From Chrysomallon squamiferum (lineage: Eukaryota > Animalia > Mollusca): DNA of 64,000 bases. The notes beneath the pieces are model-generated. The model searched no databases. It worked only from the letters and a program-made list of their open reading frames with translations, and was not told the origin of the DNA. Below are positions 54,171-64,000 of the stretch, piece after piece. Each line of letters opens with the position of its first letter. Position 1 is the stretch's first letter. Both the position numbers and the translations under genes were made by a program. The DNA is taken from assembly GCA_012295275.1 (NCBI GenBank), contig CM022667.1:21514001-21578000 (forward strand), in the 5' to 3' direction.

Positions 54171-54853
54171 CAGTACTAGAACAAATGTCTTACCACTGTG
54201 TGTTCTGTGAGGAATAGAACATGTCTACATGTTGTTCACTGTGAGACTCTCTGACTATTGATTACACTGACTTACTTTAGATTAAGTCATTCATCAGACT
54301 GACCAACATTTATTTTTAACTCTACACAGGTGACTAACTTATTGGTGATTTACTCATCACTCACTGACTCACTTTAGTCAAATTTCTCTCAAATTATGAA
54401 AACAGTGTTTACATAACTATAAAATTATGATAATAATACATTTATATATCAACAACGTCAAATTGTGGTAACATATTTATATATCTACAATTGTCAAATT
54501 ATGATAATGATACACAATTCATTTACATATGAACACTGTCATATTAGCATTGTAATATATTTATATCAACAACTGTGAAATTATGATAATAATATATTTA
54601 TATTATATTTAGGTATCAATGATAACAATAGATTCACATGTCAGGCTGTGAAGGCAGTTTTAAACTGGGTGGTCAGAAGTTTACTGTCCAACAGGTCATT
54701 ATTGTAGGGTGCACACAGTTTTATGACATGATTAAAATACAGCTGTCACCAGTATGGTCATTGGAAGGACTGACCTGTGGTCACCGACTGGATATTTATG
54801 ACCTGTAGTTTTATATTTAAACATTCATTTATAATGTGCTTTACATTATCTTT

Positions 54854-54928
<75 letters not shown>

Positions 54929-55574
54929 TGTGTCTAGACAGCTGATCAAGTCAAACTAGAAATAATATACTGGTGTTTTAATGGAAATGATAAAACAAAA
55001 TTTATTTTATGATAATCAGCTAAAAGAATATTAATTCTGTCTAGAAGGATTTATTACATTGTTAAAGAAAGGGAAATGAAATAAGATTATGCAGAATAAA
55101 TGTATCAATAACAACATTAAGTGCTTTTCAAGGTAAGATACCTTTAAAGTGTCAAGTAATATTTTGTAAGTCCTTTAATGATATGAAAATCCTGTAGACA
55201 ATAAATATGTCAAATGTTGTTTAGCGTATAAACATATCAGATGTATAGGAAATATAAATCATTCTTATATTTGTTAACATCATGTTTGAACTTTACATTT
55301 TAAATTATTTTATTATTTGAACAAAGCTTTCCATTATTATTATTATTATTAATACTAATTATTGTTGTTGTTACTTAGGTTGTTGAATATTTATCTAGGA
55401 GCTAACGTAATTAACTGTTATTTGTATGAAGAAATTGACTTCTGCTGCTGGTTAGTTGTTTCACTCTGGTTAAATTTAGACACTTGGCAACAGTCTGCCA
55501 TCCTGGCACTATCCTGGGAATGTCAGTTATGTTACAACCATTTTTAGTATAGGCAAAACTACTGTTTTATAGTG

Positions 55575-55614
<40 letters not shown>

Positions 55615-57353
55615 TAGCACATGAATACATACATACATACACACAAATATACATAATTACTGATGATCCAAAATACAACATTAAAATACAAGAATAAAAT
55701 ATAGTAATCCATACAGTTTTTAATGTATACTAGTTTCTTACAGTTATATAATTTGATTAAATGTACAGTCTGCTTACTGCGTATATTAGCATTCTGATGA
55801 ATAAGCAAAGGACCAAGTAAAAAAATGAATGAATAAAATTAACTGAAAAACAAACACTACAATGAATTCATTAACAATATAAAAATACATATATATATAA
55901 AATAAAGCATAACAAAAAGTACATTACATACCTTTTTATATAAACATATTGAAACAATCAGCTAGAGAGGTCATGGCATTAAAACACACAATTAAAATAT
56001 CTTACAAATGTTGACTGTTGTTCTTATCACAACGAGAGCCAGAAAGCAAGTGACCCAGTTAGTGGCAAGTGAGGTTTAGTATTGTCAAGTACACACAGTG
56101 GGTGTCAGTTTGCTAATACAAAACACAGAAAATAAACTACACTGTCTTAATGATCTGAAGCCTGCCTGTTTTTACAGAGAATAATTTTATTAATTAATTA
56201 TAAAGCATAAAATTCAGTACACACACATACACACACACTCACATACATCACCAGGCCCTAATGGTTGTTTTTATAATAAAACTCATCTATTCCATCATTG
56301 TTATCAATATTTTCTGAAATCCTTTATAAGCAACTTTTTTCTCAAGAAGAAAATTTCTTTTGAACTTTCTTCAAATAGGTACACTGGCAATGACATAGGT
56401 TTAAATATATATATAATAAATTTAATACTGATGAAGAGGTTTTTGTCATTCTGTTTTAAACTTTACCATTTTAACTACCACTACTTTTATTATCTATGTA
56501 TTTTCATTATTAAAATGAAACAAACAAGGAAATAGCAGTAAAAGAATAAATATACTAAGTACCTATTACTTTAAAAAAAAATATATATATATATATTAAC
56601 ACAACTTTGCACATGATATACATATTTTCAACAACAGAAACATGAAATAAATATTTTTCATTGTATATTCATGAGTGAGAGAGAAGGAAATGCACTCTAA
56701 TGTTTTAAATACATAATTATACAGTTTTGCTAAATATGGTAATACATGTCGAGTCATGCATGTTAGTAAACTGTATATGTTATTTCAGATTAATATTTAT
56801 GTACAGTAAGATGGTACAGTCAACTGGTTTATATTATCTTTTAAATAATCAGTAAACTAAGATAAACTAGAAACAAAATGTTTTTATGATGATTCTGTTG
56901 TTGTTTTGTGTTTTTTGAGGGGTGGTTGTACTTTTTTCTTCTTGTTAAACTGATCTAGGAGAAACAACTGTGATAGTGCAAGTCTAAAATTCTACAACAG
57001 CAATTATTAGCTGATTTTCAAACATTTTCTGATTTATCAGTAAGGTGCATTGTAGTGAAAGTGACATACTGATAAATTATCAAATAAAATAATTTACAGT
57101 ACATATTTTTATTTAAAATGTAAAACTGATGTGTGTTCAGTATACATTTTGCATCTTTAGCGAATGATAGAAAAATCAATAATCTTGATTTGTTTGCTCA
57201 TTTGCAAATTGTATGTAAAAAAATGTAGAAACCCTATATTATTCTAAATGATACTTTATCATATCCTCTTTCTATACTGTATATGATAAAAAGATTTTAA
57301 AAAATTCTATTATTTTATGTAACTAAATGTCATTTGCAGGGTTATAACACACA

Positions 57354-57395
<42 letters not shown>

Positions 57396-60191
57396 TACAG
57401 ACTACAGACAGTCACAGAGACACTCATGATGGAAATAGGCTTTAGGTTACTAATGTCGGTGAGGCTGAGGTTGGGTAAAAGGAGGTAGACACTCAAAATC
57501 CTTTGGAAAAAAATTGTTTAGAAAAGTGAAAATACAGTTTTGTTGGAAGAAAAATAGAAAAAGTACTGAATTTTCCATTTCAGGCGCATCATAACAATTT
57601 CTAATTCAATAACATCATGTAAAAATTATTTTAAATAGTAATTATGTTTGTGAGACTACTGCAGAGGAGGGAATAAGTTGTGTCATTTTCCTGTTAAACC
57701 ATCCTGAGTGCAAGGAATCAAATGACATGTAATGGTATCAAAATGTGATAGCTCTGACTAAAACACTTTTACAACTCAGCTATAACTTTCATCAAGACTG
57801 ATACAAAAATTATATTAATCATTCCAGAAAAGACTATAAATATGGACGTAGGAATGATTATAGACTATTCTAACATATTTTCACACATGCAATGCTATAA
57901 TGTTGCTAAATGTAATAATGTATCTGAAACTGCAATAGGAAAGAATTGACATACAAAGGTACACTTAAACTCATGACAGTGTATATAGAATATTGATATT
58001 ATTCTACAAGTATTCCAAATCTGATACCTGGAGAGGGGTTGGCACAACTTACCCTCCTCCACATGCAAGTATAATTATAACTAAAAAATTTAATTGCAAA
58101 AAAACTAGACAAAAGCTTGCACATAACTGTGTCTGACTCCATAATAGCACAGAAACTGGATATTGACTAGAAACAAAAAAGGAGGGGAATGCTGTATGCC
58201 AGCATGCACATATGGATGTGTGCACATACCCACACCCACACCCACACCCACACACACACAGACACACACACAAACAGACATACACACACACACACACATT
58301 CTGTTTTAAAATAAATTCACTCACTGTTCTGCGAGGTCTGAACATAGAATCTTCAAGAATATGGTGAATTCGACTGTCGTCTGACTGTTTTTTTGTAAAC
58401 ACTACATCAGCTGATCTCTGGTCTATCACAGTTTTACATTCCATCACGTTGTTCTGTGAGAAGTTTGTTCTGAAATGTGACAAAACAACTTAAACACCGG
58501 ATCTTGAACATTTCATTTTAATAACTAATTTAACAGTACCACTATTACTGGTGGAGTCAAACAGCACTCACCACTAATTGGCTATTATCTTAATTTAATC
58601 AATGGTGTCATAATTAGTCAGTACTACATGTGAAGTAATTATCTATTATTTAAAAACTGAAGTGAAGGATTTAATTAACATGGCATTATAACTGGTAGTG
58701 AGTTTTAAATGCCAGTGAAGTTTTAAGATTTAAAAGTGATTTAATAAAAGAGCAGGTATTATATAAAATTACTATTAATGTCACTGACAGTCAATGGACA
58801 GAACAGAGTTAAGCAGACTGATTTTTGCCGCCTGTCTGGTGAAATGACAAAAATGTGTAAAGCTCTTCTTATACTGTTACCAGTATTTCAAAATGATCAC
58901 TCATAAACCTTAATGAAATTATTCCTGTTTGCCACAGTGACTATTCTATTAATTCAAAAAAAAATAAAAAATTATTATATAGTACAGTGACAACATCAGT
59001 CTAACTATGCGTCAGTAACTGTGATAAGTAAAAATTTAAATGATTTTATTGCTTCAGCTACTTAGAGCAATGAATTATTTTATGATACATTTTCAATATG
59101 TCAAGAAATAAAAAAAATAAAAAATTATGAACATTTAAATATTTTAATAAATTATTTATGAAATTTGTTATACTGGTAACCATGGTTACTTACTCGGTGT
59201 TTGCTGACTGTGTGGAGGTTTGTGATGATACGAGGTACATGGAAGGATTCATGAAGTTTCCGTGAGTCTGAATGTGTTCTTTGGCATCTTGTAGATTGAG
59301 CTTTGTGAAAACTTCAAAAATCTTTCTTTCGCGTGATTTCGGGACCTCGCGATGTAACCATGGTTGTAGGTACTTTGTATTGTAATACTCAAATCTAGAT
59401 AAAAATAAATAAATAAATAAAAATAAAAAATAAAATTACATTTTAAAATTAAATTAATTTGTTTTTTATATATCTCATGAGTATGAATTTATCTTAAATA
59501 ATTTATTTAAGGATTTAATAGATAATTAAAAATAAATAAATAAAACAGTGGTCTATACAGTGTTTTGGCTAAATACATTTTGCATACTTCAAATAACACT
59601 ATCATTTTTTGCAGTTTTTTTGGAATCATAAACTTATATTGTTTAACATCCAGATTACTAAATGGCCAGATTAAAATATTTTTTATTACCATTATGTTAT
59701 TTCATTTATTTATTTATTTATTGTAATTTTTTTTTTTGTTATTAATATAATTTAAAAAAAAAAATTTAATCGTTTAATTTTTAGGGAAAAAATTATCATT
59801 GTAAAAATTTGCATTATTTATTTAACTACCAATGTAGAATGAAAGTTTCCATTAAGTCCATTCAAAATGTTAAAATAATTAAAAATTTAAAAATTTAAAT
59901 TCTCACTTGTCGCGGATAGAGTTGTGACTTGACCGACCAACAATGTCCTCCATTCCTGCCATCAAGTGATCTATTAACTGTAATATTACAAAAAACACTC
60001 TAATTTTCACTTGATATTCTCAGATATGTGCTTCAACAACTTGACACCTACTGCTTCATTTCTAAATGTAACTATCAGTTATTATGTTTCTGTCAATTTA
60101 ACATTCAGACCATATTTTATTGCTGCATAAAGTCATAATTACAATGTTAATGTTTTTTGGACTTTTTAATAAGCCATATTAAAAATAATAA

Positions 60192-60222
<31 letters not shown>

Positions 60223-62410
60223 AACAATAACAATAACATGCTAAATGAAAAAAACAAAGCATTGATAAATTATTTAAAATATTATGAATGTGTAGAGTAT
60301 AAATATGTGTTAATAATGTGAAAATCCAGAAATATTTCCTTTCTTCCTTAAATCTGATGTTTTAGGTTCTTAAATGCTACTGAACTTACATGTCAAAATA
60401 ATGTATAATTAATTTATTAATTTTGCATTTGACTTCTATCATACATTTATATACATTCATCATTCTCCATTTCTGTTTGATCACTAAAGAAATTCTACAT
60501 AAGCACTACATTCATATTTGATTTACCTTAGAAAATGTATCCAAAAGTAAGATTAATATTTTTAAAAGTAAGCAGATTAGATAATGTATTGCTGTATTTT
60601 TTATTATTTCATTCTGGGTTATTTTACTCAAAATTATTAAAATCCCAAATTTTTATGTCACAAATCACAGTTTAGATTAATGTGAGTGTCTTAATATAAT
60701 GATCCTGAATGTTACAACATCTCTAAAATGTAATCTACAATAAAGTCAAGAATAAACTCTATTGTTAAAATCTTATTTGGGTTTTCTTGCAAACTGAAAA
60801 ATGGACATATCTAGGTTTAAGTACTCAGCATGAACTAAACAGTGTGTCGTACCCTTTCATGTATTCTTTCATTCATTGTCGACTTTCTCTTAGACGCTCT
60901 CTGAACCTTCAGAGCATTGACAACTGGTTTGATAGTGATTCCCTGAAAATAACATTAACACAGATTATAATTCTGAAGACATAAACAAAGATTATTTGTC
61001 TCAAAAGTTGTTTCTAAACAAAATATTTAAACATCAGTACTCAGATTTGAAAAAAAAACTAATCTAAAAAGACTGGACTATACAAATGAAAGCAATAAAT
61101 ATATACAGTTAAATATGAATAAAAATGTACACAGGTTACAACAGCATATTAAAACTATGTTTACCTGTAAAAAGACAGTTTATTAAAACAAAATTTACCT
61201 GGATGAAGATAGATAATTAAAACTAAGTTTACATGTAATAATAGAGTTAATTAAAACAAAATTTACCTGTAAAAAAACAGTGAAGAAGACGACTATGATG
61301 GTGGTGGAAACAAACATTCGTTTTTCTGGTACGATATCCTCATTAAGTAGCAAAGCAAGACAGAACGCAATGCCTCCGCGCAGACCTCCGTACGACATGA
61401 TGAACTGATCAATGCCAGTCAGACGAACCAGTCGCGTCTGGTTCACCAAGAAAGCCAGGGACACCACACCTGTAAATAAAAACAAAAAACTCTATCAAGA
61501 AAGCCAGGGACACCTCACCTGTAAATAAAAACAAAAACCTCTATCAAGAAAGCCAGGGACACCTCACCTGTAAATAAAAACAAAAACCTCTATCAAGAAA
61601 GCCAGGGACACCTCACCTGTAAATAAAAACAAAACCTCTATCAAAGAAAGCCAGGGACACCTCACCTGTAAATAAAAACAAAAACCTCTATCAAGAAAGC
61701 CAGGGACACCTCACCTGTAAATAAAAACAAAAACCTCTATCAAGAAAGCCAGGGACACCTCACCTGTAAATAAAAACAAAAACCTCTATCAAGAAAGCCA
61801 GGGACACCTCACCTGTAAATAAAAATCTCTATCAAGACATGCACATTCTAAATTATGACTAGTTTTTTATACTGCTTACTTCCTATCTGAAGTTGCAAAA
61901 ACAAAACACACAAAACATATTCAAGCTAGTGTGATTAAAATGTCATCTGGATCTTTATAAGCAATCAACATCTTTTGTAGAATTAAATTGGGTTTTTTCT
62001 ACATATTTGATGTTTTTTATTTGTATATTTATCACACAAAAAAGTGTATGTCCTTCTTAATCAATGTATGCTTCTTGTAATTATACTAATAAATAATAGT
62101 AATAGTTATAAAAAATTCATTAAAAGACAATAATCTGAAATGTACCCATGACACGGAAGACAATACAGAAGATGACAGAGAAGAGGATGAAGTCAAGCTG
62201 CCAGTCGTGTGTGTCGACCACAGTGGACAGTCCGAGGAACATGAAGATGACAGTCTCACAGATGTTAGCCATCAGCTTCATGAAATATTTAACTGTATTC
62301 TTAGACTTCTTAGACACATTCGCCTCCACATAGTGTCGCATGCAGATACCTCCAAATGACAGGCTAAAACAAAGTTTAAGTAACTAAATTTATAAATGAT
62401 GTTAAGAAAA

Positions 62411-62486
<76 letters not shown>

Positions 62487-63047
62487 TTCATATATATATA
62501 TATATATGTGTGATATTTAGATATCTCCAAATGACAGGCTAAAACAAAATTTACAATGATATTTTATATAGGATGTTAGAAACCTGCAAATAACTGACTA
62601 AAACAAAATTTACATAGAAATATTTTTAAAGATAAAGTAAGGAAGAACATTTTTTATTTTTTATTCAGATACACAGAGAAGAAACCTTGAATAAAAATCT
62701 CCACCAATATTCATTCTGAAAGATAATTCTGTAATATTTTCTAAGATATTTTGTTTACTTTGATTAATAATTTTTAATTGAAAAACTTACGCTAAAATAC
62801 CCGACCAGTGTAACATTTCAGCAGACAGGTAGGCAAGATATCCGAGAACAAACACAAACAGAGGCTCAATGACTCTCACATGACTTGTGTATTTGGTAAC
62901 AAATCCACCAATCAATCCAAAGATAATTCCAATTGCCGTTCCACCAAGAACAATGATGAAAAATGATCCAACCCCGCTGACTATGTCAATGGGAAGAAGG
63001 TTAGCCTCTCCCATTTCTGTAAAACCTTCCAGCATATGGTATACTAC
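46678..63047 (-). CDS. SLC9A: Sodium/hydrogen exchanger (SLC9A, plasma-membrane NHE2/NHE3-like), 3' part. Exons 63047-62791, 62363-62146, 61469-61267, 60942-60853, 59977-59907, 59394-59194, 58469-58325, 48847-48640, 47785-47696, 47456-46678; 5' exons lie beyond the window
   Basis: Signature motifs [56 protein letters not shown] and [12 protein letters not shown]; all junctions GT-AG and phase-consistent; C-terminus DTHL*. Confidence 0.95.
47696..47785 (-). CDS. SLC9A: NHE tail exon, 90 nt
   Basis: [30 protein letters not shown]; phase 1 at both ends; donor GTAAGG. Confidence 0.8.
48351..48605. repeat. 32-bp intronic minisatellite x8 (TATACCATTTACTGAATCATTATTTTAATAAA)
   Basis: Seen directly, about 35 nt into the intron after the NHE donor at 48639. 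Confidence 0.93.
48640..48847 (-). CDS. SLC9A: NHE tail exon
   Basis: [23 protein letters not shown]...; continues RPRRT in phase 0. Confidence 0.85.
49603..49903. repeat. 22-bp intronic minisatellite (CAGTGATCTGACACAGTATGTA) with a variant block (CTCTGACACTGTGCCATTTATT)
   Basis: About 13 units sharing CTGACAC; it explains ORFs 49633-50070 and 49676-49876. Confidence 0.9.
54858..54932. repeat. (CT)n(GT)n compound microsatellite
   Basis: Seen directly. Confidence 0.95.
58325..58469 (-). CDS. SLC9A: NHE tail exon
   Basis: [12 protein letters not shown]...[15 protein letters not shown]; donor GTGAGT. Confidence 0.88.
59194..59394 (-). CDS. SLC9A: NHE membrane-proximal tail exon
   Basis: [37 protein letters not shown]; phase 2 at both ends. 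Confidence 0.92.
59907..59977 (-). CDS. SLC9A: NHE exon (region corresponding to the CHP-binding helix)
   Basis: [24 protein letters not shown]. Confidence 0.93.
60853..60942 (-). CDS. SLC9A: NHE exon (end of TM domain)
   Basis: [30 protein letters not shown]. Confidence 0.93.
61148..61283. repeat. 34-bp tandem repeat x4 spanning an NHE splice donor
   Basis: Units start at 61148, 61182, 61216 and 61250 (ATTAAAAC....TTTAC.TG...); the last unit contains the true donor. Confidence 0.8.
61267..61469 (-). CDS. SLC9A: NHE TM exon (GGLRG)
   Basis: [36 protein letters not shown]...FFTVFLQ. Confidence 0.96.
61447..61836. repeat. 49-bp tandem repeat x8 spanning an NHE splice acceptor
   Basis: Unit CAAGAAAGCCAGGGACACCTCACCTGTAAATAAAAACAAAAACCTCTAT; the first unit is the real exon/intron junction. 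Confidence 0.96.
62146..62363 (-). CDS. SLC9A: NHE TM exon
   Basis: [17 protein letters not shown]...ETVIFMFLG...FRVM. Confidence 0.96.
62414..62482. repeat. (CA)n microsatellite
   Basis: Pure run. Confidence 0.95.
62791..63047 (-). CDS. SLC9A: NHE TM exon
   Basis: VVYHMLEGF...[31 protein letters not shown]. Confidence 0.96.
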
Positions 63048-63235
63048 CTGAAAAAGAAAACAGCATCTTCCATACAGTTTTGTACATTTGTTTATCAATA
63101 AGTTAATAACAGAAATGTTTTCATAAGCAAAACCAGAGTGCCACTAAATTGCAGGTTAAAGAACTGAATACTTTGTGACGTTTTCCATTGATCTATTTTC
63201 TTATTTAATTTGATAGAATTTCACTGACATTACTG

Positions 63236-63239
<4 letters not shown>

Positions 63240-63317
<78 letters not shown>
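63240..63317. repeat. (GA)n microsatellite
   Basis: Pure run. Confidence 0.97.
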
Positions 63318-63321
<4 letters not shown>

Positions 63322-64000
63322 CATATGTACTAGGCAGAAAAGGGAAATAATCCAGTGAAAATGTATGAAGCAGATTAATAGTTCTCTACCTTTTTCTAAA
63401 TCAGTTTTTACATTAATTTTCCACAGGACAGAATTTGATTAAAGTCCAGTATATTTTAAGTTAATACATAGCACAACAGACTTCTTTTTTTTCTTCTTAG
63501 TGTTCTTAAAAAATAAACAAAACAACACAGAGAGCCTATTTTCATCTTTACCATCAGATTCAATTACTGTAATGTTTTAACATGTTTCTATAATGTGTAG
63601 AATGTTTTTGTTTTAAACTTCTACACTTGTTGCTGTTGTACACAGAATTCAATAGGTCTGAGTTATAGTTTTATGTACACTTCTAAATATAACTGAGTAA
63701 CGTTGTGTTATATTTAGTATTTCAGTGTAAATCTGTAGATACAGCTGAAATATGTGTTATTTAATAGTTGTCTGTACTTGATGGAACAGAATATTATATA
63801 TAAAACGTGTTCTTAACAGTTTGTACATATACAAACATGATTTATAGTGTTAATGTTATTTAACATATTTCTTTGTATGTTGTGAATTCAGTTGAATTTA
63901 TATCTCTAGCTAATGTAACTTGTTTTTATGTCTTAGCCAAGGTTAAGTCACATAACATCACGCAGTTTATAATTTACACAGGTAAATTTACTCAGATTAT

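Noticed and set aside
61447-61836. CRISPR array
   Set aside because: The units are contiguous with no unique spacers, the context is a eukaryotic intron, and there are no cas genes.

Overview
AT-rich, microsatellite-dense animal genomic DNA. It is probably an invertebrate such as a mollusc, which is an inference from composition and CpG mosaicism. Spliced models were built by hand from GT-AG sites and codon phase. Positions 1-25 kb contain no convincing coding exon; they hold CpG-containing motif clusters that look like enhancers and a 5.7-kb (GTA/GTG)-derived minisatellite with higher-order structure. Three intron-containing genes follow. (1) A + strand RIPK-like non-RD Ser/Thr kinase (~958 aa, 15 coding exons, 25994-35017) has a near-palindromic NF-kB site at its promoter and STI1-like repeats where a death/CARD/ankyrin domain would be expected. 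(2) A + strand DUF4476/PROSER1-N-terminus-like gene encodes 253 aa in 7 exons (36670-39626). (3) The 3' part of a - strand SLC9A Na+/H+ exchanger runs from 63047 down to 46678, with its 5' exons outside the window. The most striking observation is in the NHE gene, where three consecutive splice junctions are tandemly duplicated into the introns. One is an 8 x 49-bp acceptor array in which all seven decoy copies carry a substitution creating CAG|GTGAGG, a candidate recursive-splicing site. The 9.5-kb intron in the regulatory-tail region also holds candidate microexons and alternative terminal exons.
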